Assembly (NCBI GenBank): GCA_021801645.1
Contig: JAJYXT010000010.1
Span: 25,052 to 89,051, forward strand
DNA length: 64,000 bases
DNA from: a bacterium
Lineage (GTDB): Bacteria; Chloroflexota; Dormibacteria; Aeolococcales; Bog-877
Reading direction: 5' to 3'
This document shows positions 37,995-47,115 of this stretch, piece after piece. Below the pieces are notes generated by a model. That model was not told where the DNA came from. It made no database searches and saw only the letters and a program-made list of their open reading frames with translations. Numbering within the stretch: position 1 is the stretch's first letter; every line of letters starts with the position of its first letter. A program made the position numbers and the translations under genes.

Positions 37995-38990
37995 ATGCGA
38001 TTGAATCAGATTTTGGATCTGAACTTGGACTATCGAAGGATAGCGGCAGCTCGACCCAGCCGCGCTCAGGGCGCGGCGGCCGCCCTGCTGCTGGTGGTCG
38101 CGCTCTGGGGAGCCAGCTTCGTCGTGGTGCGCGCCGCCGTCTCCGCCTACCCAGTGGTGGGCTTCCTCTTCCTGCGCATGCTTTTGGGAGGGCTGGCTCT
38201 CATGGTCGTGGCCTACCTCCGCCCCAGCAGCCGGCCCCGTTGGGCCCGCGTGCCCCGTAGGAGCCTGATCGCGGTGGGCGCGGCCCTCACCGTCGGATAC
38301 GTCACCCAGACGCTGGGGTTGGCGCTGGGGGCGCCGGCTGGCGTGGCGGCGACCCTGACCAGCCTGGTGGTGGTGCTGGCGCCGGCCTGGGAGTGGGCGA
38401 TGACCGGCAGGTCCCCGGATCGGCGGGTGGTGGTGAGCTCGCTGCTGGCCGTCGGGGGCACCATTCTGATCTGCCACGCTGCCCCGGCCACCGGGGCGGG
38501 AACGGGTGACGCGATCTTCGGCATCGCGCTGGAGGTCATCTCCGCGGCCGCCTTCGCCCTACAGGTGGTGCTGGTGGGCCAGCTGGGTGAGAACCTGTCG
38601 GCGACGGCGCTCGGCGGCGCCCAGCTTCTGCTGGTGGCGGTGATGCTACTTCCCGCCCTTCCGCTCGCGGGAGGGCTCCCGGTTCCCTCGGCGGGGGTCG
38701 TGGCGGCGGTGGTCTTCTCCGCCCTGGGCGCCTCGGCCTTCGGGTTCGCCGTGCAGGCGGCGGCGCAGAAGCATCTGACCACCGAAGCGGCCGCGGTGAT
38801 CATGGCGACCGAGCCCGCGTTCGCGCTTCTGGCGGCCACCCTCGCCGGCGAGCAGCAGCTGGGTCTGGCTGCCGCCGGGGGCCTCGGCCTGCTGCTGCTC
38901 GGGGTGACGGCCCAGGGTGACGCGCCCCGAACGCTGCTCCAGACCATCTCGGACCGGATCGGGTCGCGGACGCGGTGGCGGCAGGCCTGA
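37995..38990 (+). CDS. EamA/DMT family transporter (possible Lrp-controlled exporter)
   Basis: 10-TM DMT profile. Divergent from lrp. The start is probably slightly downstream of the track start. Confidence 0.75.
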   Translation: MRLNQILDLNLDYRRIAAARPSRAQGAAAALLLVVALWGASFVVVRAAVSAYPVVGFLFLRMLLGGLALMVVAYLRPSSRPRWARVPRRSLIAVGAALTVGYVTQTLGLALGAPAGVAATLTSLVVVLAPAWEWAMTGRSPDRRVVVSSLLAVGGTILICHAAPATGAGTGDAIFGIALEVISAAAFALQVVLVGQLGENLSATALGGAQLLLVAVMLLPALPLAGGLPVPSAGVVAAVVFSALGASAFGFAVQAAAQKHLTTEAAAVIMATEPAFALLAATLAGEQQLGLAAAGGLGLLLLGVTAQGDAPRTLLQTISDRIGSRTRWRQA

Positions 38991-39046
38991 CGCTGGACCG
39001 CACTCCGCGCTGCGCTCCCGAGTCGTCACCCGGCAAACTGGGGGCT

Positions 39047-39880
39047 GTGACCGCAAGGCAACTCACCCTGATGGCCGTCCACGCCCACCCGGACGACGAG
39101 GTTCTCACCACCGGAGGGGTCCTGCTCCGCTGCGCCCAGGAGGGGTTGCGCACGGTGCTGGTCACCTGCACCAATGGGGAGCTGGGGGACGCCCCCGCCG
39201 GGATCAAACCGGACAGCCCGGGCCACGATGAGAGCCAGGTGCGCGCCGTCCGGCGTGAGGAGCTGCTGGCCTCATGCCGCATCCTCCAGGTTTCCCGCCT
39301 GGAGATGCTGGGCTACCTGGACTCAGGGATGGAGGGATGGGCCCAGAACGGCCGACCGGGGTCACTCACCGGTGCGCCGCTCGAGGAGGAGGTGGAGCGG
39401 CTGGCGACGCTCATCCGGGAGGAGCGGCCCCAGGTGCTGGTCACCTACGACGAGTCAGGCGGATATGGGCACCCGGACCACATCAGAACGCACCAGCTGG
39501 CCGTGGCCGCGGCCGCCGCCACCGGCATCCCGGAGAAGGTCTACCACACGGCCATCCCCCGGTCGGCGGTGGCGGCGGCGGCGCGCCGGATGCGGGAGAT
39601 GGGCGTGAACCTGCAGGAGTTTCAGGACGAGATGGACCCCGACAACCCGCCCTTCGGGGTCGACGACTCCCTGGTGACCACCGTGGTCGATGTCTCAGGC
39701 CAGGTCGAGGCCAAGCTGGCCGCGCTGAAGGCGCACGCCAGCCAGGCCGACAACGGCTTCCTGCTCCGGTTCCCGCCCGAGCTGGTGCGGGATTTCCTCT
39801 CCCGCGAGTACTTCATCCGGGCCCTGGACCGGACCGGGGCCGGCCTCCCGGAGTCGGACCTCTTCGCCGGGGTCCGCTGA
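39047..39880 (+). CDS. PIG-L/LmbE family deacetylase (mycothiol conjugate amidase Mca / MshB-like)
   Basis: AVHAHPDDEV zinc-binding signature and ...YDESGGYGHPDH... Confidence 0.75.
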   Translation: MTARQLTLMAVHAHPDDEVLTTGGVLLRCAQEGLRTVLVTCTNGELGDAPAGIKPDSPGHDESQVRAVRREELLASCRILQVSRLEMLGYLDSGMEGWAQNGRPGSLTGAPLEEEVERLATLIREERPQVLVTYDESGGYGHPDHIRTHQLAVAAAAATGIPEKVYHTAIPRSAVAAAARRMREMGVNLQEFQDEMDPDNPPFGVDDSLVTTVVDVSGQVEAKLAALKAHASQADNGFLLRFPPELVRDFLSREYFIRALDRTGAGLPESDLFAGVR

Positions 39881-39914
39881 GAGCCCACCGTTCCCCTGCC
39901 GCCAGGCGCAGCGG

Positions 39915-39989
39915 TGGTCGGGGCGGGCGGACTCGAACCGCCGATCTCCTGCTCCCAAAGCAGGCACCCTACCACTGGGCCACGCCCCG
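39915..39989 (-). tRNA. tRNA-Pro (anticodon UGG)
   Basis: 75 nt. CGGGGCG acceptor, anticodon stem CCTGC/GCAGG with loop TTTGGGA, T-arm GGCGGTTCGAGTCCGCC, and a 3' CCA. Confidence 0.85.
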
Positions 39990-40027
39990 CAGGCGCGATC
40001 ATACCGGCGCCGGACCGGACCGGCCCC

Positions 40028-40648
40028 TCAGGGAGCGGCAGCTTCCAGGGATCGGAGCAGCTGCCGGACGGCCCGCCCCCGATGGCTGTGGAAGTCCTTC
40101 TCCTCTGGGTCCAGCTCGGCCATCGTCCGGGTCTCGCCCGCGGGGACGAAGATGGGGTCGTACCCGAAGCCGGCTCGTCCCCGCGGCATGGCCAGCAGCG
40201 ACCCGTCCACCCGGGCCTCGGACGTCAAGGTCTTGAGGGCTCCGCCCGCAGTGGGGATCGCCAGCGCCAGAGCGCACACGAAGGCCGCCTGACGCCGCGC
40301 CTCGGGAAGGTCGGCCACCCGTCGCTGCAGCCCCTCGCGCAGCTGGGCCGCGGTGGCCCCGTCGCCCAGCCAGCGAGCGGTGTGCAGCCCAGGCCAGCCA
40401 CCCAGTGCCGCCACCTCAACACCACTGTCGTCGCCGATGGCGGGCAGCCGAGTCGAGGTGGCTGCGGCCACCGCCTTCACCAGCGCGTTGCCCAGATAGG
40501 TTTCCCGGTCCTCCTCCCAGCTGGTGGCGCTTCCCTGGGGTGCCTCGTCCAGGGCGAGCAGGCGCCAGCCAAAGGGCGCGAGGAGGCGGCGGAACTCTTC
40601 CACCTTGCCGGGGTTGCGGCTGGCCACCACCACGGTCGCCAGCTTCAC
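40028..40648 (-). CDS. rdgB: Non-canonical purine NTP pyrophosphatase (RdgB/HAM1)
   Basis: VVVASRNPGKVEEF...TYLGNALVKA...IGDDSGVEVAALGGWPGLHTAR. Confidence 0.85.
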   Translation of the reverse strand: MKLATVVVASRNPGKVEEFRRLLAPFGWRLLALDEAPQGSATSWEEDRETYLGNALVKAVAAATSTRLPAIGDDSGVEVAALGGWPGLHTARWLGDGATAAQLREGLQRRVADLPEARRQAAFVCALALAIPTAGGALKTLTSEARVDGSLLAMPRGRAGFGYDPIFVPAGETRTMAELDPEEKDFHSHRGRAVRQLLRSLEAAAP

Positions 40649-40649
40649 C

Positions 40650-41366
40650 TCAGTCCTCCCCCACCGCCGCTCGCTGGACCGCCAGGATGACACCGATTCC
40701 AACCTGTCCGAGGACGAGCAGCGGGGGCAGTAGCGCCGGGTCGAGGGCGGCGCCCTCAGCGGTGCCCTGCACCTCGACCAGCTGGAGGTCGGAGGTCATG
40801 ACCAGGTTCATGTCCGTGTCCGCCCGGCTGTCCTCCGGGTAGTCCAGATCCAGCACCGGCTCCCCGTCGACCACCCCCACGCTCACCGCTGCTACCTGGC
40901 GCCGGACCGGGTCCTTGGCCACCATCCCCGCGGCCGTCAGCCGGCGGCAGGCCAGGTTGAGGGCCACCCAGCCACCGGAGATGGCGGCGGTGCGGGTGCC
41001 GCCGTCCGCCTGGAGCACGTCGCAGTCCACGATCACGGTCCTCTCCCCGAGCAGCCTCAGGTCGACCGCGGCTCGCAGGCTGCGCGCCACCAGCCGCTGG
41101 ATCTCCTGCGAGCGCCCGTCCACCCGGTTGCGCTCCCGGGGGGTCCGCTCAGGGGTTGCCCGGGGCAGCATCGCGTACTCCGCGGTGACCCAGCCCGACC
41201 TGCTCCCCCGACGATGAGGCGGGACCCGCTCCTCGAGGCTGGCGGTGCAGAGCACCCTGGTGGAGCCCAGGGTGATGAGCGCCTCACCCTCCGCCCACCC
41301 TCCAAGCGAGGTCTCGATGGTGAGTGGGCGAAGCTGGTCGGCGAGGCGGCCGTCGTGCCGGGCCAT
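40650..41366 (-). CDS. rph: Ribonuclease PH
   Basis: RPDGR...RVLCTASLEERVP...GWVTAEYAMLPRAT...DCDVLQADGGTRTAAI. Confidence 0.9.
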   Translation of the reverse strand: MARHDGRLADQLRPLTIETSLGGWAEGEALITLGSTRVLCTASLEERVPPHRRGSRSGWVTAEYAMLPRATPERTPRERNRVDGRSQEIQRLVARSLRAAVDLRLLGERTVIVDCDVLQADGGTRTAAISGGWVALNLACRRLTAAGMVAKDPVRRQVAAVSVGVVDGEPVLDLDYPEDSRADTDMNLVMTSDLQLVEVQGTAEGAALDPALLPPLLVLGQVGIGVILAVQRAAVGED

Positions 41367-42157
41367 CAGCGGCGCAGGAACCCGCGGATGAAGAGGATGC
41401 TCCCCTCGTAGAGGAGGATGAGGGCCACCGAGAGGAAGGTCGGGGTGAAGGGGTCGGCGCCCGGGGTGATCACCAGCGCCACCAGGATGATGACGAAGTA
41501 GGCCGCCTTCCTCCAGCTGGAGAGGCGCCGGCTGCTCAGAAGCCCCACCGCGGCGAGCAGGCTGAGGGCCACGGGCAACTCGAATGTGACCCCGAAGACC
41601 AGCACCACCAGGGAGAGGAAGGAGAGATAGGCGGAGAGGTCGGGCAGATAGATGGCGTTCCCGCCGAGAAAGGTGGCCAGGAAGGAGAGCCCGATGGGAA
41701 GGATGAAGTAGGCGAAGACCGCGCCCAGGGCGAAGAAGACCAGGGTCCCGAACACGAAGGGGAAGGCCAGCTGCCTCTCCCGCTCCCGCAGGCCCGGGGC
41801 CACGAACCGCCAGATCTGCCAGACGATGACCGGAAGGGCCAGGATCACCCCGGCCACCGCCGCCACCTCGAAGGGGATGGCGAGGCCCTGGATGGGGCTG
41901 GTGACCACCACCTTCTGGCCGAAGGGCGAGTGGGAGCGCAGCAGGGCCAGGCGGAGGGGACGCTCCAGGATGGCGATCAGCGGCTGGTTGAAGGTGAAGG
42001 CCAGAGCGGTCGCCAGCCCCCAGGCGATCAGGGAGACGATGATGGCCCGGCGCAGCTCCTCGAGGTGCTCGACCAGGGTGAGCTGCCGGCCGCCGTCCGG
42101 AATCGGCCCCCGGAGTGCCGGCCCGCTGCGCCAGCCGCTCAGCCGGCGCGCCGCCAC
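41366..42157 (-). CDS. tatC: Twin-arginine translocase subunit TatC
   Basis: LVEHLEELRRAII...6-TM TatC profile. Confidence 0.85.
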   Translation of the reverse strand: MAARRLSGWRSGPALRGPIPDGGRQLTLVEHLEELRRAIIVSLIAWGLATALAFTFNQPLIAILERPLRLALLRSHSPFGQKVVVTSPIQGLAIPFEVAAVAGVILALPVIVWQIWRFVAPGLRERERQLAFPFVFGTLVFFALGAVFAYFILPIGLSFLATFLGGNAIYLPDLSAYLSFLSLVVLVFGVTFELPVALSLLAAVGLLSSRRLSSWRKAAYFVIILVALVITPGADPFTPTFLSVALILLYEGSILFIRGFLRR

Positions 42158-42171
42158 CAGCTAGGACTCGC

Positions 42172-42414
42172 TCAGTTGGCCCGGTCGGTGGGCCCTGGCG
42201 CCGCTCCCACCGCGGGCGGGGGGCTGGACGGGCCGTCCTGGGAGCCCGACGGGGGTGGGCTCGGGGGAGGATCCCCCAGCGCGGACTGGGAGGCGTGGCG
42301 GAACTCGTTCAGCGCCCGACCCAGGGACTGTCCCAGCTCAGGGAGCCGCTTGGGGCCGAAGATGACCAGCGCCACCAACAGCACCAGCAGGATTATCGGC
42401 CAGTGGTCTCCCAA
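42172..42414 (-). CDS. tatA: Twin-arginine translocase subunit TatA/E
   Basis: MGDHWPIILLVLLVALVIFGPKRLPELGQSLGRALNEFR. Confidence 0.85.
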   Translation of the reverse strand: MGDHWPIILLVLLVALVIFGPKRLPELGQSLGRALNEFRHASQSALGDPPPSPPPSGSQDGPSSPPPAVGAAPGPTDRAN

Positions 42415-42499
42415 CTCGACTAGCTCCTATCAGGGAACTCCGGCGACGGCGCCCGGAGTATAGCACTGGCCGAAATTGCCACTCCGGGGCGGTCCGGGG

Positions 42500-43738
42500 T
42501 CAAGCCGCGTCGGCGAGCGCCTCGGCGAACGCCTCCAGGAGATGGTCCAGGTCCTGATCGGTGTGGGCCAGGGAGAGGAAGCCCGCCTCGAACTGCGAGG
42601 GCGGCCAGAACACCCCGCGCTCGAGGAGGCCCCGGTGCACCAGGGAGAAGCGGGCGAGGTCGCTGGAGCGGGCGCCGGCGTAGTCGCGGACCGGCTGGTC
42701 CGAGAAGAAGAAGGTAAGCATCGACCCCACCCGGTTCACCCGCAGGGGAACACCGAGCTCCCGAGCCGCAGCCGACATCCCCTCCTCCAGCCGGGCGCCC
42801 ATCTCCTCCAGCCGCTGATAGGGGAGCTGGGAGTCCAAGCGGCCCAAGGTGGCCAGCCCGGCGGTCACCGCAAGTGGGTTGCCACTCAGGGTTCCGGCCT
42901 GGTAGACCGGCCCCGCGGGCGCCAGCTGGCCCATCAGGTCGGCGCGGCCGCCAAAGGCCCCCACTGGGAGACCCCCACCGATCACCTTCCCGAGGCAGGT
43001 CAGGTCGGGGGTGACGCCGTAGAGCTCCTGCGCGCCCCCACGGGCCACCCGGAATCCGGTCATGACCTCGTCGAGGATGAGCAGGGCCCCATGGCGGCTG
43101 GTTAGCTGGCGCAGCCCTTCCAGGAATCCCGGCTCGGGCGGTACCACCCCCATGTTTCCGGCCACCGGCTCGACGATCACCGCCGCCACCCGCTCCCCCT
43201 GGCCCGAGAAAAGCTCCGCCACCGCCTCCAGGTCGTTGAAGGGGGCCACCAGGGTGTCGGCCACGGTTCCCGCCGGCACCCCCGGGGAGCCGGGGATGGA
43301 CAGGGTGGCCACCCCCGATCCGGCCGCCGCCAGCAGGGAGTCGGCGTGGCCGTGGTAGCAGCCGTCGAATTTCAGGATCAGGTCCCGACCCGTGGCTGCC
43401 CGGGCCAGCCGCACGGCCCCCATCGCCGCCTCGGTGCCACTGCTGGTAAGCCGGAGCATCTCCACCGCCGGCATGCGCCGGGCAACCTCCTCGGCGAGCT
43501 CCACCTCCAGCTCGGAGGGCCCGCCCAGCGCCTCCGCCCAGGCGAGCTGGTCTCGGAGCGCCTCCACCACCGCCGGGGGGAGGTGCCCAAGGATGAGCGG
43601 GCCGTAGGCCAGGACCATGTCCAGATAGCGATTCCCGTCCAGGTCGACCAGGTACGGCCCCTCCGCGGAGGCGAAGAAGGGCGGGGAACCGCCCACCCCG
43701 CGGAACGAGCGCACCGGGCTGTTCACCCCTCCCGGCAT
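42500..43738 (-). CDS. hemL: Glutamate-1-semialdehyde 2,1-aminomutase
   Basis: PGGVNSPVRSF...PLP-lysine region ...DEVMTGFRVA...LGKVIGGGLP. The coordinates use the first canonical ATG. The conserved N-terminal helix lies upstream (probable CTG start near 43780). Confidence 0.9.
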   Translation of the reverse strand: MPGGVNSPVRSFRGVGGSPPFFASAEGPYLVDLDGNRYLDMVLAYGPLILGHLPPAVVEALRDQLAWAEALGGPSELEVELAEEVARRMPAVEMLRLTSSGTEAAMGAVRLARAATGRDLILKFDGCYHGHADSLLAAAGSGVATLSIPGSPGVPAGTVADTLVAPFNDLEAVAELFSGQGERVAAVIVEPVAGNMGVVPPEPGFLEGLRQLTSRHGALLILDEVMTGFRVARGGAQELYGVTPDLTCLGKVIGGGLPVGAFGGRADLMGQLAPAGPVYQAGTLSGNPLAVTAGLATLGRLDSQLPYQRLEEMGARLEEGMSAAARELGVPLRVNRVGSMLTFFFSDQPVRDYAGARSSDLARFSLVHRGLLERGVFWPPSQFEAGFLSLAHTDQDLDHLLEAFAEALADAA

Positions 43739-43797
43739 AACCAGCTGGGCCCTCTCCAGGGCCCGAATGGAGCGGTCCAGCCGGTATCCCCGTGCGC

Positions 43798-44484
43798 TCA
43801 GGGAAGCTGCTCCCGGACGGTTATCCGCATCGGATCGCCCCGGCGGACCCTCTGGGCGACCTTGAGGCCGGAGACTACCTCCCCGAACAGGTTGTAGTCA
43901 GGGGATAGGGTGAAGGGCGACAGGGTGATGAAGAACTGGCTGCCGTTGGTGTTGGCTCCGGCGTTGGCCATGGCCACGGCGCCCGGCTGGTAGGCACCCT
44001 TGCTGTAGAGCGGGGAGTTGACCGGCTCACTGCGGAACTGGAATCCGGGCCCTCCCGTGAGGTTGTCGTGGGGGCTGCCCCCCTGGATCACCGGCCCGCC
44101 GGGGGCGGTGCTCGGGTCGCGTGCCCACTTGAGGCCGTCGAAGAAGTGGTTGCGCGCCAGGGTCACGAACACGTTCACGGTGATCGGCGCCCAGCTGGGG
44201 ACCAGGCAGACAACGATCTCCCCCTCAGGGACGGTGATCGTGGCCTCGTAGAGCCGGTGTAGGTCGATGGTCATCGGGGGGACCGCGGGGTAGTGCCGCA
44301 GGTTCGCGGGCTGGTCGAGGGGGGCGAGCGGAGGTCCGAACTGGGCCTGCTGGCAATCTGCTGTGGACACTGGGGTGACCTCCCTGTGGGCTCCGACATT
44401 GACGAAAAAGGCGACCACTCCCAGGGCCACCACCACCACCGCGGCCAGCGCCAGCGCCAGGGGACGGCGCAGCGGGGACGGCAT
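43798..44484 (-). CDS. Peptidyl-prolyl cis-trans isomerase, cyclophilin type, N-terminal TM anchor
   Basis: FDGLKW.R...GGPG...NAGANTNGSQFFITL..LSPDYNLFGEV cyclophilin motifs. Confidence 0.85.
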   Translation of the reverse strand: MPSPLRRPLALALAAVVVVALGVVAFFVNVGAHREVTPVSTADCQQAQFGPPLAPLDQPANLRHYPAVPPMTIDLHRLYEATITVPEGEIVVCLVPSWAPITVNVFVTLARNHFFDGLKWARDPSTAPGGPVIQGGSPHDNLTGGPGFQFRSEPVNSPLYSKGAYQPGAVAMANAGANTNGSQFFITLSPFTLSPDYNLFGEVVSGLKVAQRVRRGDPMRITVREQLP

Positions 44485-45470
44485 CAGCCCTCCTCCCTGA
44501 GCCAGCGGCTGATCTCGCGGGCAAAGTAGGTCAGGATCACGTCCGCGCCGGCCCTGCGCATCGACAGGTGCGACTCCAAGACCGCCTGGCGGAGGTCCAG
44601 CGCCCCTGCGGCGGCGGCCGCGCGCAGCATGGCGTACTCGCCGGACACGGAGAAGCAGGCCAGCGGGGCGTCGAAATGGTCGCGAGCCTCGCGGACCAGG
44701 TCCAGATAGCTCAGGCCGGGCTTGACCATGAGGATGTCGGCCCCCTCGAGCAGATCCAGCTCCAGCTCCCGCATCGCCTCCCGGCGGTTGGCCGGGTCCA
44801 TCTGGTAGCCCCGCCGATCGCCGAACTGTGGGGCACAGTCCGCCGCCTCGCGGAAGGGGCCGTAGAAGCAGGAGGCGAACTTGGCGGCGTAGGCCAGGAT
44901 GAGAACCTTAGTCTGCCCGGAGGAGTCCAGCGCCTCTCGGATGGCCCCGACCTGCCCGTCCATCATCCCCGAGGGGGCGATGACGTCCGCTCCGGCAGCC
45001 GCCTGGCTCACGGCAACCCGCTGGTAAAGCTCCAGAGTGCGGTCGTTCTCCACCTCCCCTCGGGCATCCAGCACACCGCAGTGGCCATGGACGGTGTACT
45101 CGTCCAGGCAGTCGTCCGCCACCAGCAGCAATCGGTCGCCGAACTCGGAGCGCAGCCGCCGGAGCGCCACCTGGACGATGCCCTGCTCATCCCAGGCCGA
45201 GGACCCCAAATCATCCTTGCGCTCTGGCACCCCGAACAGGACCAGCCCGGCGAGCCCCAGCTCGGCGGCCTCGGTGGCGAGGGCCACCAGGCCGTCCACC
45301 GTCTCCTGGTACACGCCCGGCATGGTGGAGATGGCCCTGCGCTCGGGCACACCCTCCGCCACGAAACAGGGCAGAAGCAGCTGATCCGCCCGCAGGTGGG
45401 TCTCACGGACCAGCCGGCGCAGGGCGGGGGTGCGGCGAAGGCGGCGAGGGCGATCGTCTGGGAAGGACAT
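44484..45470 (-). CDS. hemB: Porphobilinogen synthase (ALA dehydratase)
   Basis: RPRRLRRTPALRRLVRET.L...active-site region ...ADIILVKPG-like LMVKPGLSYLD. Confidence 0.9.
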   Translation of the reverse strand: MSFPDDRPRRLRRTPALRRLVRETHLRADQLLLPCFVAEGVPERRAISTMPGVYQETVDGLVALATEAAELGLAGLVLFGVPERKDDLGSSAWDEQGIVQVALRRLRSEFGDRLLLVADDCLDEYTVHGHCGVLDARGEVENDRTLELYQRVAVSQAAAGADVIAPSGMMDGQVGAIREALDSSGQTKVLILAYAAKFASCFYGPFREAADCAPQFGDRRGYQMDPANRREAMRELELDLLEGADILMVKPGLSYLDLVREARDHFDAPLACFSVSGEYAMLRAAAAAGALDLRQAVLESHLSMRRAGADVILTYFAREISRWLREEG

Positions 45471-45478
45471 CTCAGCGG

Positions 45479-46237
45479 CTATTGTCGTCGACCGGGGGCC
45501 GCCGTCATCGCCGCCACCAGGCCCGGCAGGGAATGGACGTTGGCCACCACATCTGGCCCGAGCCCGTGAGCCTCGGCCGTCCTGGCGGTTATCGGACCAA
45601 TGCAGGCCACCCTCGAGCCGGGGGGAAGTCCCCGACCCTGGGCAAGCTCGGCGTAACCACGGACGGTGCTGGAGCTGGTGAAGGTGATCCAGTCCGGGGG
45701 GGCTTCGCGCAGAAGACGGCTCAGCTTGGGGGCCGAGGCGGGGTCGGCGGAGGCCCGGTAGAGCACGACCTCGGTCACATCGGCCCCCGCCTCCTCAAGT
45801 GCCCTCGGGAGCACGTCCCGAGCCCCTTCGGCACGGGGAAGCAGGACACGGCGGCCGCCCACCCCGGAAGCCAGCATCGCCTCCGCCAGGGACTCGGCCA
45901 CGAACTCCTGGGGTAGAGGCCTGGGCATCCACCCCAGCTTCCGGGCGGCAGCTGCGGTCCCGGGCCCGATCGCGAAGAGCTCGGTTCCCGAGCCGGGAGG
46001 ATGGGCAACCTCCAGGAGGCGCAATGCGTTGGCACTGGTGAAGGCGACGATGTCGAACCGGCCGGACCGCACCTCCGCCCTCAGTGCCTCCATCTTCTCG
46101 GGGCCGAGGAGCGGGATCAGCCTGATGACCGGGACCCAGACCGGCTCGGCGCCAGCTGCCCGGAGCAGCTCGCCGAGGCCGCCATCGGCTGGCTCCGGGC
46201 GGGTGACGAGGACCCGGGCCCCGCTCAATCGGCTCAC
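45479..46237 (-). CDS. hemD: Uroporphyrinogen-III synthase
   Basis: HemD-like fold sequence in the hemC-hemB gap position. ATGA overlap with hemC. Confidence 0.75.
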   Translation of the reverse strand: MSRLSGARVLVTRPEPADGGLGELLRAAGAEPVWVPVIRLIPLLGPEKMEALRAEVRSGRFDIVAFTSANALRLLEVAHPPGSGTELFAIGPGTAAAARKLGWMPRPLPQEFVAESLAEAMLASGVGGRRVLLPRAEGARDVLPRALEEAGADVTEVVLYRASADPASAPKLSRLLREAPPDWITFTSSSTVRGYAELAQGRGLPPGSRVACIGPITARTAEAHGLGPDVVANVHSLPGLVAAMTAAPGRRQ

Positions 46238-47115
46238 CCCAGAGCGCTCAGACGTCCCACCAGCTCGTCAAGGGCAAACTCGGCCCGGAGGTCGGGCACT
46301 ACGGCGGCCTGCCTGCGCAGGCCCCCCGCGTCCGCGGAGTAGGCGGCCGAAACCAGCCATCCGCCGGCCGGGATGGGCTCGGCCAGGGCCCCCAGAGCCA
46401 GCTGGCAGCCTCCCCCCATCCGCCCTAGAAGGCGCCGCTCGGCCTCCACCGCGACTCGTGTGGGGGGATGGTCGAGTTGAGCCAGCACCCCGAGCCAGCC
46501 GCTGTCCACCCGTGCCTCCACTGCTATCGCGCCCTGGCCGGCGGCCGGGGTGCACTCGCTGTGGGGATCGAGCGGCTGGCCGCGTCCCAACAGCCCGAGC
46601 CGGAGCAGGCCGGCGGCGGCAACCACCACCCCGTCCACCACCCCTTCGTCGACAAGGCGGAGGCGGGTGGGCACGTTGCCCCGGATGGGGCGGAAGGTGA
46701 GGTCGGCTCGCACCGCCCTCAGCTGGGCCATCCGGCGGGGGGACGACGTCCCGAGACAGCACCCCGAGGGGAGCTCAAGCCAGGGGACACCGGCTCGGGT
46801 GACCACGACGTCGCGGGAATCCGCGCGCTCCAGATAGGCCGGCACCGTGAGACCCGCGGGGGTCGCGGTGGGCAGGTCCTTGGCGCTGTGCACTGCGGCG
46901 TCGATCGAGCCGGCGGTGAGCTCCTGCTGCAGCCGGGAGGTGAACCAGCCGTCCACCCGCTGGTCCGTGAGGCTGGCACTAGGCCTCAGGTCTCCGTCGC
47001 TGTGGACGACGCGCACCACGGCCTCGGGCGCTGAGGGGAGGCGTCGCAGGGCGGCCACCACCAGATTGGCCTGCACCAGGGCCAGCTGGCTACCGCGGCT
47101 GCCCAGGACGATCAA
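46234..47115 (-). CDS. hemC: Hydroxymethylbilane synthase (porphobilinogen deaminase)
   Basis: LGSRGSQLALVQA...HSAKDLP...GAIAVE. ATGA overlap with hemA. Confidence 0.9.
   Translation of the reverse strand: MIVLGSRGSQLALVQANLVVAALRRLPSAPEAVVRVVHSDGDLRPSASLTDQRVDGWFTSRLQQELTAGSIDAAVHSAKDLPTATPAGLTVPAYLERADSRDVVVTRAGVPWLELPSGCCLGTSSPRRMAQLRAVRADLTFRPIRGNVPTRLRLVDEGVVDGVVVAAAGLLRLGLLGRGQPLDPHSECTPAAGQGAIAVEARVDSGWLGVLAQLDHPPTRVAVEAERRLLGRMGGGCQLALGALAEPIPAGGWLVSAAYSADAGGLRRQAAVVPDLRAEFALDELVGRLSALG

Noticed and set aside
39274-40236. 320-aa plus-strand ORF and 39622..40002 minus-strand ORF
   Set aside because: Overlap tRNA-Pro and run antisense or out of frame to the PIG-L deacetylase and rdgB. 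Products are Arg/Gly/Pro low-complexity.
41324-42463. 379-aa plus-strand ORF
   Set aside because: Antisense to tatC and tatA.
44568-45569. 333-aa plus-strand ORF
   Set aside because: Antisense to hemB and hemD.
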